Positions 1 through 9,987 of a DNA stretch of 64,000 nt are shown piece after piece. The number at the start of each line of letters is the position of its first letter. Position 1 is the first letter of the stretch. A model generated the notes under the pieces. The model was not told the DNA's origin, did not search any database, and saw only the letters and a list, made by a program, of their open reading frames with translations. Source of the DNA: a plasmid. Made by a program: the position numbers and the translations under genes. The DNA is taken from sequence record NZ_CP067021.1, one strand, 5' to 3'.

Positions 1-5
1 ATTTT

Positions 6-668
6 TTGGGAATGATCCATGTTCTTAACATGGATCTCTATGGAATAGGAGAAAATACAATGTCTGATCATATCTATAATTACATCATCGGCAGAATCGA
101 CAAAAGCCGTAAAATTATGGTTCTGGTGAACTACGAATCAAGATCCAATCTGGTGACTCAAGCACAGTTAATGAAAGTGCAATTCCCGAACATCAATACC
201 TTGAGAATGTTCCTGAATGACTTTGAGCCAACGGAAAAACATGTTATCCATTACTCGAAATACAGTAAAGAAATGCCATCAGGTGCAGATGGATATTTCC
301 TATTTTCAGAACATGACCAGCAATGGAATATTTTTGATCCGAATGTCTTAAGTCGGTTTGTTTGTATATACCAAGAATCACCAGAGTTAGATAATTACCA
401 AGATTACATCTGTTCTTGTGAAGTCAAAAACTCACCCACACTTAAAGCAAAACATAAAAAACAAGCATTTATGGAGAAGATGATCTTCACTTCATTGGGT
501 TTTGAGCGTTATTGCCATCATTGCAACGGTTATGAACCACTGGATCGTTTTTATTATCATTCTGATACCAAAACCTATGAATCAGTTTGCAAGCCTTGTT
601 ATGTTCCTCATTACAAACCTTACAAGATGAAAAAACTTATGACCAGTACGGTTGAAGAATATATTTAA
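6..668 (+). CDS. hypothetical Cys/His-rich protein (C-terminal CHHC...CKPC zinc-ribbon-like); start uncertain, the track starts at TTG and the ORF may extend past the window edge
   Basis: Long ORF; C-terminal Cys/His clusters seen in the translation. Confidence 0.4.
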   Translation: MGMIHVLNMDLYGIGENTMSDHIYNYIIGRIDKSRKIMVLVNYESRSNLVTQAQLMKVQFPNINTLRMFLNDFEPTEKHVIHYSKYSKEMPSGADGYFLFSEHDQQWNIFDPNVLSRFVCIYQESPELDNYQDYICSCEVKNSPTLKAKHKKQAFMEKMIFTSLGFERYCHHCNGYEPLDRFYYHSDTKTYESVCKPCYVPHYKPYKMKKLMTSTVEEYI

Positions 669-769
669 TCATTAACTAGAACTCAAAAAGATGGCAACTA
701 TTAATTATTGCCATCTTTTATTTATTTTCTTTAACATATAAATTATAAACCCTAAATATAGGATTCCTT

Positions 770-1528
770 ATGACTTTAAGTTATCAGCTTAATGAACTAA
801 ATAAAAAACAGAATAAAAGTAAAAATACAAATGAAGATCACCTGATGCATTACAACTTTTACTTAATAAAAGAATGTGATGCAATATTAAAATCATTCGG
901 ATATAACACGTTCAGGCTTAGATCAAATGAGATTAAAGGTAGACACATAAATGTACTTTTTCAGTATTGGAAAAACCAGACTCAAAATATTGTTATTTTA
1001 AAGCAGAAATATAACTTTTTATTGTGGTGGGCTAATAGTTGCAACAATGTTGGTGTTCTAAAAGAATTATCTGTTTATTTAAATTGCCCATTAAATAAAA
1101 TATCCGCACCACTAGATAGCATAGAGTCTAAGTTTGGCTGGCATAATAATATTCACCTACCATCATATAAATGTCTTGAATGCGAAGTTCAGTTAGAATT
1201 AGTAAATAAATCTTATATATGCCCTATTTGTTCAAAGTATGTTGGAATTAATAGCGATGGTAGACCATTAGGATATATTGCAGATGAAGAACTTAGAGCT
1301 TGCAGAAAAAAAGCACATTATTTTTTTGATAACTTATGGCAAAGAAAGTTAATTACACACCCGAACCTAACAAAAAACCAAGCAAGAAGATTAGGCTATA
1401 AGTGGTTATCAGAAAAGTTAAATATATCGCACCATTTATGCCACATTGCTTTTTTTGATATAGATCTATGTAATCAGGTTATTTTAATATGTGAGCCTTA
1501 TTTTATTTCATTAAATAGAAATAATTGA
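770..1528 (+). CDS. hypothetical protein with CxxC...CPIC zinc-ribbon motif, very AT-rich
   Basis: ORF with an upstream SD-like sequence; CLECE...CPICS motif. Confidence 0.45.
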   Translation: MTLSYQLNELNKKQNKSKNTNEDHLMHYNFYLIKECDAILKSFGYNTFRLRSNEIKGRHINVLFQYWKNQTQNIVILKQKYNFLLWWANSCNNVGVLKELSVYLNCPLNKISAPLDSIESKFGWHNNIHLPSYKCLECEVQLELVNKSYICPICSKYVGINSDGRPLGYIADEELRACRKKAHYFFDNLWQRKLITHPNLTKNQARRLGYKWLSEKLNISHHLCHIAFFDIDLCNQVILICEPYFISLNRNN

Positions 1529-1552
1529 TATTACTTTTATTCAACGTATACG

Positions 1553-1575
1553 GTGATTTTAATTGATTAAAATAT
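1553..1575. promoter_or_regulatory. Copy 1 of conserved intergenic element A (GATTTTAATTGATTAAAA core)
   Basis: Near-identical sequence recurs at 7 intergenic sites. Confidence 0.6.
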
Positions 1576-1686
1576 TTTCATTGCTGAACCACTACCGTTG
1601 TTATATTCAGCTTCATTCATATTTTAAGAAAAAGTTATAAACGCCACTTAATAGCTATTTTGGAATCTCAGATGTAGAGCACACGG

Positions 1687-1700
1687 CTCAAAACTTGGAG
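1687..1700 (+). promoter_or_regulatory. Operon-leader element B (CTCAAAACTTGGAG) with GGAG SD 8 nt before ATG 1709
   Basis: Shared motif before at least 10 first genes of operons. Confidence 0.6.
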
Positions 1701-1708
1701 ATTTTAAA

Positions 1709-2857
1709 ATGTCACATTTCACAGTTGCAGTAGTTACCACCCCTGATGGTGATGTTGTAGATGCCCTAGAACCATTTTACGAATTTGAATGCTCAGGCAT
1801 TAAAAACAAATATTGCATTTCAGAATCATCATTGGACGAAATTAAAGACCAATACGAATCGACAGAAATCACTTTGATGAAAAACTCAAAGCCTATCTTA
1901 GATGATGGTGAAGAGCGCTATGCGTTTCTTGACGACCCTCGTTTCGTGCGTGATGCAACAGACTTAGAGCTTGATGCCATCAAAAACAACAAAGGTGATA
2001 TTTTTGCTGACTTCCCGAACGGCGGTGAGCATTTATCAGTGGTACAGGTCAAAAACGATGATGGTACGTACTCAAGTCGCATTCGTGATTTAGGCATGTT
2101 CATTCAATGGCATCAAAAAGATGTGCCATGTACTGAAGTGTTTGAGCTTCAACAGTTCATTAATTGGTATAACGAAGAAGTTACGCCAACTGTTTTGACA
2201 GGTGAAAAACCTGATGAAAGTTGGACAGAATGGATAGAGCTTGATGCTGATGGCAAAGTGGTCGATTACTTCACCACCACCAACCCGAATCCGAAATACG
2301 ATTGGTATGAAATCGGAGGACGTTGGAAAAACATGCTGTTGCGTCTTGATGGACGTAATGTGAATAGTTGCCCGATTGGTGAGCTTGATTTTGAATCCGA
2401 AATCAACCGTTTAAAAACCGAAGCCAACCGTGTTTATGACTACTTTGAAAAATGTATCGGTGATGCTTCACGTACTTGGCGTCCATTAAGTGAATTGTGG
2501 GCTGATGAATCAATCGAAACAGTCAATGAAAAGCGTGATATTTATCATAACCAAGATTCAATCAAAACAATTAGAGCCAATGACACTGATAAGTTTTATG
2601 GCTTGAGTGGCTATGATTTTGATGAATTTTTGGTGAGCCGTGAAGAATTCGTAGCTAAAAAATCAGCAAACCCATTCGGTACATACTGTTTCTTAGATGC
2701 GACCAGTGGTGATGAAATAGGCGACTGGACAGGTTCAGAGTGTGGCATGTTTGGACAGGATATTCGCAAGGAAGAAGATTGGGAAAACAAAAACCAAGCC
2801 TTGCTCAAGAGCTTTCCAAGCGACTATATAATCACGATTGTTGATTGCCATATCTAA
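1709..2857 (+). CDS. hypothetical protein (382 aa), acidic
   Basis: ORF preceded by motif B/SD; terminator hairpin downstream. Confidence 0.6.
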   Translation: MSHFTVAVVTTPDGDVVDALEPFYEFECSGIKNKYCISESSLDEIKDQYESTEITLMKNSKPILDDGEERYAFLDDPRFVRDATDLELDAIKNNKGDIFADFPNGGEHLSVVQVKNDDGTYSSRIRDLGMFIQWHQKDVPCTEVFELQQFINWYNEEVTPTVLTGEKPDESWTEWIELDADGKVVDYFTTTNPNPKYDWYEIGGRWKNMLLRLDGRNVNSCPIGELDFESEINRLKTEANRVYDYFEKCIGDASRTWRPLSELWADESIETVNEKRDIYHNQDSIKTIRANDTDKFYGLSGYDFDEFLVSREEFVAKKSANPFGTYCFLDATSGDEIGDWTGSECGMFGQDIRKEEDWENKNQALLKSFPSDYIITIVDCHI

Positions 2858-2867
2858 AACCCAAACA

Positions 2868-2900
2868 GGGATAAGCGTAAAACCTTATCCCTTTTCTTTT
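2868..2900 (+). terminator. Rho-independent terminator (GGGATAAG-loop-CTTATCCC plus TTTTCTTTT)
   Basis: 8-bp stem followed by a T-run directly after the stop of 1709..2857. Confidence 0.6.
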
Positions 2901-2920
2901 GGGCATTTTTTAAAGCGCAT

Positions 2921-2959
2921 TCGATGTTTTTTAATTGATTAAAAAGGTTTTGAATTTTT
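2921..2959. promoter_or_regulatory. Copy 2 of element A (CGATGTTTTTTAATTGATTAAAAAGGTTTTGAATT)
   Basis: Conserved 35-bp element. Confidence 0.65.
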
Positions 2960-2999
2960 AAATTTTAAGAAAAATTAAACAGCTATTGCGCTTTGTATA

Positions 3000-3194
3000 A
3001 TGAATATAGATTTAATCACTATCCTTAAAGGTTTTAATATGTGGAATACATTAGTTTTAATTCGTAAAACTGCAACGTCAAAAGAAATAAAAGACAAAGC
3101 TGATATGTATTTAAGCCAGTTAAATACTGCAACCATTTCAGCATCTCTTAAAGCTGAAATACTCTCTTTTATCGAATCTGTTTTAAACGATTAA
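3000..3194 (+). CDS. small hypothetical protein (64 aa)
   Basis: ORF between element A and motif B; low support. Confidence 0.3.
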   Translation: MNIDLITILKGFNMWNTLVLIRKTATSKEIKDKADMYLSQLNTATISASLKAEILSFIESVLND

Positions 3195-3214
3195 TCAACT
3201 TAGGCTCAACGCCT

Positions 3215-3225
3215 ACAACTTGGAG
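3215..3225 (+). promoter_or_regulatory. Leader element B variant (ACAACTTGGAG)
   Basis: GGAG 7 nt before ATG 3233. Confidence 0.5.
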
Positions 3226-3232
3226 AAACCCC

Positions 3233-3658
3233 ATGAATTACTACAACACATTCACCATTCCATGCAATTTTAAAGTACAGCACATTGAAGATGGTCAATT
3301 TGTCGTGTTTTTTGCTGATGGCACTCAGTTAAGTTACCAGATTGAAAACACCAGCAAGGTTAAATGGATTGAACCTGAAGCATTCAGCTTAGAGCAAGTA
3401 CTCCTAAGCTCAAAAGAGCCAATCAATGCCGATGATATTGACATCATTAAGTATGCTTCATACCGCTTAATTGCTGACACGCCATTGATTGATGATGATG
3501 GTAGCAATCCTGAGCCTGATTGCCTTTACTGCAAAAAATCTAGTGACACTCTTAACAGCCTCATACTTCAAGTCACTGAAGCACATACCCTCCCATGTTG
3601 GCTACTGACATCAAACGGCGTTCATATCCTAGATATTAATGAATTGACTGAAGTTTAA
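3233..3658 (+). CDS. hypothetical protein (141 aa)
   Basis: ORF with motif B/SD; hairpin 3668-3693 downstream. Confidence 0.6.
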   Translation: MNYYNTFTIPCNFKVQHIEDGQFVVFFADGTQLSYQIENTSKVKWIEPEAFSLEQVLLSSKEPINADDIDIIKYASYRLIADTPLIDDDGSNPEPDCLYCKKSSDTLNSLILQVTEAHTLPCWLLTSNGVHILDINELTEV

Positions 3659-3710
3659 GAACAACAACTAGTGAAGCATGTCTATTGCTTCACTTCTTGG
3701 CAGTTGAAAA

Positions 3711-3758
3711 CCGCATTCGATGTTTTTTTAGTTGATTAAAAAAAGGTTTAGAAATTTG
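3711..3758. promoter_or_regulatory. Copy 3 of element A (variant TTTTAGTTGATTAAAAAAAGGTTTAGAAATT)
   Basis: Conserved element, shares the GCATTCGATG prefix with copy 2. Confidence 0.6.
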
Positions 3759-3964
3759 GTTGTGGCCAGCGCTAGATCTGGCGCACCAGGATCAATGCTT
3801 ATTTTTATGGTTCCTTAATTGCTTCCATCATTTTAATAGCATCCTCATTACCATTTTTAGCTGCTATCTGTTAAAAGTCGCAGCAAGGATCAGTAAAACA
3901 ATAATAAAAATAAATAATTTTAAAAAAGTTTTTGGTTTAGGTTCTATCTTAAAATAAACATATT

Positions 3965-3989
3965 GAAGCAGAAAGCTTAAAACTTGGAG
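3965..3989 (+). promoter_or_regulatory. Leader element B (GAAGCAGAAAGCTTAAAACTTGGAG), identical 25-mer also at 17881-17905
   Basis: Exact 25-nt repeat; GGAG 5 nt before ATG 3995. Confidence 0.65.
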
Positions 3990-3994
3990 TTGAA

Positions 3995-4951
3995 ATGGTT
4001 ACTATTAATGAATTACTTAGCAAAAACCTTGATCGCAAATATGGTCCAATTGAAGCGCATGAAGTTATAGAACTTGTTCGTGTAACTCGTGCGCCAGAAT
4101 CAATAAATAACCCTTCAATGCCATCAGTTAGAATTTCTACTGCAGATCTGCACCATATGGTTGAACAAGCTAAAAAGTTCAATTTGTGGGAAGAATGGTC
4201 CACCAAGGTTTTAGCAACTGAGTTGCCATACAACCCTTATCTTAAGCCAGTGTTTACAGGTCATAGTTTCCCACGTTCTAGCATGTCTACTGACAACTAC
4301 GAAGCATTAGTACGCTCTACGTTAGTGCCGGTGCTACTACCTGAAGATAAAAAGTCTTTTATCAACCTGAATGACAAAGTTATGTCATTTAACAACCTCA
4401 TGTTTGATATGCCCGATGCGATGGTGAACCATCTCATGACTGGTAAAAAACTTTGGCTATATGCAAAAAATGGGCAAGTGGTCTGGTATACCCGTGCTGA
4501 GTATGAGGCGCAAACCAAGTGGAACCAGGCTGAACAGGATGCTAAGAAAAAAATTACTGCATTGTTTGAATTATTCAATGCGCTGCAACAAGCTAAACCG
4601 ATCTTTGATGCTATCGATCAGAAGAAAAACTTCAGTGCTTTACCGTTCAAATGGTTCACTGGTGTAAAAATTGTAATGTCAGGCTTGTCAGCTGGATCAT
4701 GGGGCGATGGTGAAAAATCAAATACAGTGACTCACTTGGTTTTTGATGAAGACTACTCAGGATCTAAATTGGTTCGTGAGAAAAACCAGTACTTGTGCTC
4801 AGCTGGAGGCTTATTCCCTGCAGATGAAGCAAAGAAAGAATTCAAAATGAAAGTAGGTGAAGTTACCGTGGACACGGTACCGCACCTTGTTACATGTAAA
4901 GTGTGCCTAAAACGTATTTTTACGCAACTTGCATTAACTCAATCTAATTAA
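3995..4951 (+). CDS. hypothetical protein (318 aa)
   Basis: ORF with leader B; first gene of a 3-gene + strand operon. Confidence 0.6.
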   Translation: MVTINELLSKNLDRKYGPIEAHEVIELVRVTRAPESINNPSMPSVRISTADLHHMVEQAKKFNLWEEWSTKVLATELPYNPYLKPVFTGHSFPRSSMSTDNYEALVRSTLVPVLLPEDKKSFINLNDKVMSFNNLMFDMPDAMVNHLMTGKKLWLYAKNGQVVWYTRAEYEAQTKWNQAEQDAKKKITALFELFNALQQAKPIFDAIDQKKNFSALPFKWFTGVKIVMSGLSAGSWGDGEKSNTVTHLVFDEDYSGSKLVREKNQYLCSAGGLFPADEAKKEFKMKVGEVTVDTVPHLVTCKVCLKRIFTQLALTQSN

Positions 4952-4964
4952 TCAAATTTATAGG

Positions 4965-5435
4965 GTGTTCATCATGAATAACAAAACAATTGCCAAAAAA
5001 ATGATTAACCAAGTTAAATCGGTTATCACTGACCCTCAAGCAAAAAGCTTGTTGGCTGCTTATCACGTAGAGACGTCATTTACCCACTTCTACGAAACAC
5101 ACAGCCACATTTACTTGGTTGGTAAAGACATTACTGCAGTCATGGCCAAACATTTTCCATACTTCACGTTTAAGACTCGTGATAACAAGAAAGCCCGTCA
5201 CGGTATTGGCGATGGCTCAATGTCTGATTGCTTAAACAAGCTGCGCCGTGTGTATCGCTTAGAAATCAAAAAACCGATTAGCGAGAAGTTTATCGCTGAA
5301 GCTGGTGCACCGACTTTCACAAAAAGCCAATCTGTAAGTCCTGTTGCTTATTTGATTGATGAAGTTGTGCAACAAGAAACAGCGCCGATCGCACGATCTG
5401 ACGTTCAAAACAGTTTCCAGGATCTTTTCAATTGA
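4965..5435 (+). CDS. hypothetical protein (156 aa)
   Basis: ORF 13 nt after the previous stop, SD-like GGGTG. Confidence 0.5.
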   Translation: MFIMNNKTIAKKMINQVKSVITDPQAKSLLAAYHVETSFTHFYETHSHIYLVGKDITAVMAKHFPYFTFKTRDNKKARHGIGDGSMSDCLNKLRRVYRLEIKKPISEKFIAEAGAPTFTKSQSVSPVAYLIDEVVQQETAPIARSDVQNSFQDLFN

Positions 5436-5447
5436 TTTGAGGCTTAT

Positions 5448-5735
5448 ATGAATATGCATACGACTCAAAAGAGTGAGAGAGACAAAATGACAAAACGCTG
5501 TTCTGTTGATGTGAAGTCACCCTGGTTCTTCATAGAGGACCAAATCCCAAACAAAGATGGCACGGCGTTTATTGTGTGGGATGAATTCTTAGACCATGAA
5601 ATTAAACCTATCCGCTGGAGCGATAAGATCCGTGACTATGCTTCAGGTGAAGTCGAATGGAGTGGAAGCTTCTTATTTTGGCGATATGATGATGGTACAC
5701 CAGCTGAATCACCAAGAAGCTATCAGCAATCTTAA
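5448..5735 (+). CDS. hypothetical protein (95 aa)
   Basis: ORF closely following the previous gene. Confidence 0.4.
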   Translation: MNMHTTQKSERDKMTKRCSVDVKSPWFFIEDQIPNKDGTAFIVWDEFLDHEIKPIRWSDKIRDYASGEVEWSGSFLFWRYDDGTPAESPRSYQQS

Positions 5736-5869
5736 TTTCTTATATTTCCGAGGGTGTAGCCAATTGATTTTGAGATTTGATCAATCTCTTTAAGGCAAAG
5801 GTTTGATTCCTTGAATGCCAGTTCGAGTCTGACCATCCCCGTCATTGCCAACAAATTCCCTCAAATGAA

Positions 5870-7159
5870 TCAATTGAAGACAATCATACCAGCCTCACTA
5901 AAATAGTTACGGCTTTGACGTTCTGACTTAGGTTCCCAATCTCTATTTTTCAGATTACATGATCCAGCAGCAATTTTAGCCTTGCCAAACTTACTTTGAA
6001 TGTTTTGAAACGCCGTCATTAACGCTTGCTCTTTTTCAAGCTGCTCTACGTCAGTTAGTAGGCCGATCGTGCGATGTTCTTCTTTTATCAATTCACACAA
6101 CATCACGCCACATTTCTTAAACTCTATCCCCTCTTTGTACAATTTATCAATCAGTGATGTGGCAGCTTTAACCAGTTGCATCAAATTGTTTGTAGGTTGG
6201 GTAAACGTGTATGTTAACGACTTGCTGTAATACGGTTTTGACTGGTCAAATGGGTTGGATTGCAAGAAAACAATCAGAGATCCGCATAGCTGGTGTTCAG
6301 CAACAAGCCGATTGAATGCATTATGGGTATATTTGCTGACGGCTTCTTGAAGAATTGAGAGCTCAGTAATTTTCTGGCCGAAAGATTTGCTCGAGACAAT
6401 CTGTTGTTTCGCCTTAGGTGAACTTTCAAATTCAAAGCATGGCTGGCCAAGCAATTCTAAAATCGTACTTTGCATATTCACATTGAAGAGTTCACGCATT
6501 CGATTCGGGTTGGATGTTGCAAGATCCAGCACACTTAAAATCCCCATGTCATTAAGCTTTTTAGCGTACTTTCGCCCTACACCCCATATTTCATCAACTG
6601 GCATGCTTTGATAGTAGCTTTCGACATCTACCAGGCTCATTGTCACTAAATTACAGATTCCATTTAATTCTGGATTCTTTTTGGCAAGGTTGTTGGCCAT
6701 TTTACTTTCAGTCAGTGTTCTACCAACACCCACGCACGTTGTTAAGCCAATAAACTTATATACTTGATGCCGAATCTCCCGTGCCATTTCAGTAGCATCA
6801 AAGTTTTTAGTAAATTGAGTAAATTCTATAAAGCCTTCATCAATGCTGTAAATGCTGTAACAGCTTGGATCTACAAAACCAGATAATATTCCATGAAAAC
6901 GGCGTGACATTTCGCCATATAGCGCAAAATTGCTCGATAGCACATGAACGTTATGTTTATTGATGATGTCTTGGACCTTAAAGAGTGGCGCACCCATCGG
7001 GATTTTTAAGAGTTTAGCTTCAGCGCTTCTCGCGATGATTGTTCCATCATTAGAGCTTAAGACAACGCATGGTTTACCCTTTAACTTAGGGTTCCAAAAT
7101 GCTTCCATCGAACAATATGCCGAATTTATATCAACATGAATAAATACCCGGTTTGTCAT
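5870..7159 (-). CDS. umuC: Y-family error-prone DNA polymerase V catalytic subunit (UmuC-like)
   Basis: N-terminal IHVDINSAYCSME matches the Y-family polymerase palm motif; 429 aa; overlaps the umuD stop (operon). Confidence 0.85.
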   Translation of the reverse strand: MTNRVFIHVDINSAYCSMEAFWNPKLKGKPCVVLSSNDGTIIARSAEAKLLKIPMGAPLFKVQDIINKHNVHVLSSNFALYGEMSRRFHGILSGFVDPSCYSIYSIDEGFIEFTQFTKNFDATEMAREIRHQVYKFIGLTTCVGVGRTLTESKMANNLAKKNPELNGICNLVTMSLVDVESYYQSMPVDEIWGVGRKYAKKLNDMGILSVLDLATSNPNRMRELFNVNMQSTILELLGQPCFEFESSPKAKQQIVSSKSFGQKITELSILQEAVSKYTHNAFNRLVAEHQLCGSLIVFLQSNPFDQSKPYYSKSLTYTFTQPTNNLMQLVKAATSLIDKLYKEGIEFKKCGVMLCELIKEEHRTIGLLTDVEQLEKEQALMTAFQNIQSKFGKAKIAAGSCNLKNRDWEPKSERQSRNYFSEAGMIVFN

Positions 7160-7674
7160 TTTCGTGCGTCTTTAATGATGTAAGTCACTACGCCCCACAC
7201 AATCAATTCCTGTTCAGGTTTTAGAAAAATATGTGAGTGCTCTTGGTTTTCTGCTTTAAGCCAAACTGGAGGGATAGATTTTGCATCTGGACCAAAAATT
7301 TCATTAATTTCACCAGCTGACATTTGCTTGGTGATCATCAACCGCTTAACGGTAAAGTCTGTTTCTAGCTGAGCAACAATAATATCTAGATGCTTGGCGT
7401 CTAAGCTTCTATCGATTATGAGCTTATCGTTAATATCTATACCGGCATTTAGCATGGAACGAGAGCCTACTTTACCAATAAACGTAGAGTACTCATTGGT
7501 GATCAGCATTTCGTTGAGATCGACCGACTTTTCAATAAAATCTTGTGCTGGTGATGCAAATCCAGCCGACAGCAGCTCTAACGCCACTGGAATGCGTTTA
7601 GGTGCACCAGGAGCAAGAGCTTCAATTTCAACTAAATCACCAGCTTTAAGCGGTATTTCTGATTTTTCTGACAT
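7156..7674 (-). CDS. umuD: UmuD-like S24 LexA/UmuD family peptidase
   Basis: 172 aa; LLSAGF cleavage-site-like motif and S24 C-terminal Ser/Lys region; 4-nt overlap with umuC. Confidence 0.8.
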   Translation of the reverse strand: MSEKSEIPLKAGDLVEIEALAPGAPKRIPVALELLSAGFASPAQDFIEKSVDLNEMLITNEYSTFIGKVGSRSMLNAGIDINDKLIIDRSLDAKHLDIIVAQLETDFTVKRLMITKQMSAGEINEIFGPDAKSIPPVWLKAENQEHSHIFLKPEQELIVWGVVTYIIKDARK

Positions 7675-7729
7675 CTCAAGACCGGTGAAAGAATATATAT
7701 ACCAATTCTATTTCTTGCATGTCTGATGA

Positions 7730-7774
7730 TCAATCAAAAAATAAAAACCAGTAGGCATGCCACTTGCCTACTGG
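7730..7774 (-). terminator. Rho-independent terminator on the minus strand (CCAGTAGGCA-7nt-TGCCTACTGG then T-run on minus)
   Basis: Perfect 10-bp stem; T-rich tract on the minus strand. Confidence 0.5.
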
Positions 7775-7939
7775 TCGTATTGGAAGTTCAAAATTGACTT
7801 AGATCTTAGAAAAACTCAAGTGATATGTTGGACATCTATATTCACTTGAATACACAACCAAGATTGAAGTGCTGGAAGAAGCATTTTTAGCATTAGGACT
7901 TTGGATCTTCAGGTTATTTAATTAACTTCTACCCTTTTG

Positions 7940-7965
7940 ACCTAGCCTAGCTAGGTTTTTTTTTG
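7940..7965 (+). terminator. Rho-independent terminator (ACCTAGC-CTA-GCTAGGT plus T9)
   Basis: Stem-loop followed by a 9-T run; no annotated + gene upstream. Confidence 0.5.
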
Positions 7966-8004
7966 AAAAAATTTTAAAGCCCAAACAGTCTTTAAAATGA
8001 ATAC

Positions 8005-8031
8005 ATCAAGCTCATTGCTTAAAACCTGGAG
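8005..8031 (+). promoter_or_regulatory. Leader element B (ATCAAGCTCATTGCTTAAAACCTGGAG)
   Basis: Same 27-mer as 15485-15511 and rc of 11065-11091; GGAG 8 nt before ATG 8040. Confidence 0.65.
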
Positions 8032-8039
8032 TATTCAAG

Positions 8040-8495
8040 ATGTATCTACGCTACACGATGTTTAAAACAGATGGAGAAAAAGTCCTTAGTTCGCACGGCA
8101 TTGGGTTAAGCAACTGCTTTATTTACCATGCAGCGGAAATACTCTACAAAGAGGTTCAAAATTCTGCATCTTTTGACCGTTACATTGAGAGATTATCAAA
8201 GTGTAATACGATCAAATACAACCACGAACGACACGGCGACAAAGCACGTATTGTCTATTTTGCACCTGAAGATCTAACGCGTGTCTCTTACAGTACAACA
8301 TATAGCGAACGGGTTGAAAATGCCAATATCGATAGCTTTGACTTGATTACCCTGTACGCTGAGTACAAAACTATTTTTAGTTGTATCTATTTTGATATAT
8401 CAACGAATACCTGGTCTGTACGTACATACACTGATGTATTAACATCAATGGGCATGTTAAAGCCACCAGTAGCACAGTTAGCATTTGCAATATAA
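8040..8495 (+). CDS. hypothetical protein (151 aa)
   Basis: ORF with leader B and a strong terminator after it. Confidence 0.55.
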   Translation: MYLRYTMFKTDGEKVLSSHGIGLSNCFIYHAAEILYKEVQNSASFDRYIERLSKCNTIKYNHERHGDKARIVYFAPEDLTRVSYSTTYSERVENANIDSFDLITLYAEYKTIFSCIYFDISTNTWSVRTYTDVLTSMGMLKPPVAQLAFAI

Positions 8496-8520
8496 GAGCC
8501 CCTGAAAAGTCTTATACCCA

Positions 8521-8554
8521 CCTAGCATTGACCAATCAATGCTAGGTTTTTTTT
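8521..8554 (+). terminator. Rho-independent terminator (CCTAGCATTGA-ccaa-TCAATGCTAGG plus T8)
   Basis: 11-bp perfect stem plus T-run. Confidence 0.7.
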
Positions 8555-9878
8555 ACGATGCAATTTGATATTCCATTTCATGTTTAAAGTTTGCTTTGAC
8601 AAGTGCATGGGATAGATCTGGAGGTACTGAGTTACCTACCATTCTGTATTGCTCAGTTTTCGTCAGCTTAATTTTTTGGTTATTTTCATCTACACCATGA
8701 GTAAAGATGTAATTGCTTGGAAAGCCCTGAGCCTTATACAACTCAAATGGTTGAATCATCCTAAAACCAATGTCTTCAATATAATAATGTTCATTATTGA
8801 TTTCGATTAAGCCGAAACGTTCAAACAAGTCATTCTTAAAGTTGAATTGCCCGGTAAATTTCAAAAGTAGCGCACGTACTTCCGCAAACTGATTCACGGT
8901 CGTTAACGTGTGAAATGGTTCTGATAGCTCTTGGCCAGTGCACCCCTTTTTCATTTTAGATAGGTGACACACGTATAGCGCATGTGTACCGCCTTTTGTT
9001 TCTGCTGTAATTGTACGTAATGGCTCATTTATTGGCATGGATCTACGACTTGAACCATTGGCACACTCAGTAAGAATTGGCGCCACATTGTCCACGATGT
9101 AAGGTTTTGGGTTGTGAACGATATATTTTAAAATCCCCCTCACAATTCGCTCTAATGTAGCTGGTGCTAAAGGTTTTTTACGCTTGAATATGCTTAAACA
9201 TTCATAATTAAGGTCCACACATTGAGCAGCTGTCTTCCATGGTTGTTTTTTCGTTTTTTGAGGTGCAAAAAAGTCAAATTCAGCATGTGTGGGTTCTGGC
9301 CAGACGATCGGTAAATTGTCACGCCGAGCAATTAAGAAAAATCTATTTCTCAATGTCGGTGCACCATAGTCGCATGCTCGTAGTTCACGATATTCGACCG
9401 TGTACCCTTGGTACCTGAGCGCATTCACGAAACAGTTAAACGTTCGCCCTTTCCGCTTTAAAATCGGTTTACCGTTCTTATCCAAATCACCCCATTCAAC
9501 AAACTCAACCACGTTTTCAAGCATGATGATTCGTGGTCGAACTGTTGCAGCCCACCTTAAAGCAATCCAAGCTAAACCGCGGATCTTCTTGTTTAACGGC
9601 TTGCCACCTTTCGCACGGCTATGATGTTTACAGTCTGGACTAAGCCAAACCAAGCCAACAGGTTGATTGCCCGTAATCTTTACAGGGTTAACATCCCAAA
9701 CACTCTCGCAGTAGTGCTTTGTTTTTGGATGATTGATGCGATGCATGGCCAAGGCTTTCGGATCATGATTAATTGCAATATCAATCGGTCTACCGAACGC
9801 ACGTTCTAAACCAGTTGATGTACCGCCACCGCCAGCAAAGTTATCAACGATTAATTCATGTGGAAGCAAGTTATACAT
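8553..9878 (-). CDS. DNA (cytosine-5) methyltransferase, orphan (no adjacent restriction enzyme)
   Basis: Motif I DNFAGGGG, PxC-like SPDCKHH, ENV motif (IIMLENVVEF); 441 aa. Confidence 0.75.
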   Translation of the reverse strand: MYNLLPHELIVDNFAGGGGTSTGLERAFGRPIDIAINHDPKALAMHRINHPKTKHYCESVWDVNPVKITGNQPVGLVWLSPDCKHHSRAKGGKPLNKKIRGLAWIALRWAATVRPRIIMLENVVEFVEWGDLDKNGKPILKRKGRTFNCFVNALRYQGYTVEYRELRACDYGAPTLRNRFFLIARRDNLPIVWPEPTHAEFDFFAPQKTKKQPWKTAAQCVDLNYECLSIFKRKKPLAPATLERIVRGILKYIVHNPKPYIVDNVAPILTECANGSSRRSMPINEPLRTITAETKGGTHALYVCHLSKMKKGCTGQELSEPFHTLTTVNQFAEVRALLLKFTGQFNFKNDLFERFGLIEINNEHYYIEDIGFRMIQPFELYKAQGFPSNYIFTHGVDENNQKIKLTKTEQYRMVGNSVPPDLSHALVKANFKHEMEYQIAS

Positions 9879-9987
9879 AGAAATTCCCTCTTACAAATGC
9901 CCCTTTATGGCTTAGATCTCTTAATTCATGCGGTACATCTTCTGGAGACAGATACCTATAAGCATGAATAACCTTGCTCAGATTCAT
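9868..9987 (-). CDS. 39-aa coupled ORF between the two methyltransferase genes (MNLSKVIHAYRYLSPEDVPHELRDLSHKGAFVRGNFYV)
   Basis: ATGA overlap with the upstream MTase stop and TAA overlapping the downstream ATG; hand-translated, below the ORF-track cutoff. Confidence 0.3.

Noticed and set aside
1918-2808. Antisense ORFs inside the 1709..2857 gene (61 and 65 aa), and similar antisense ORFs within umuC, the MTases, the T4CP, dotG and others
   Set aside because: They are embedded opposite long, well-supported genes and lack RBSs; they are typical six-frame noise.
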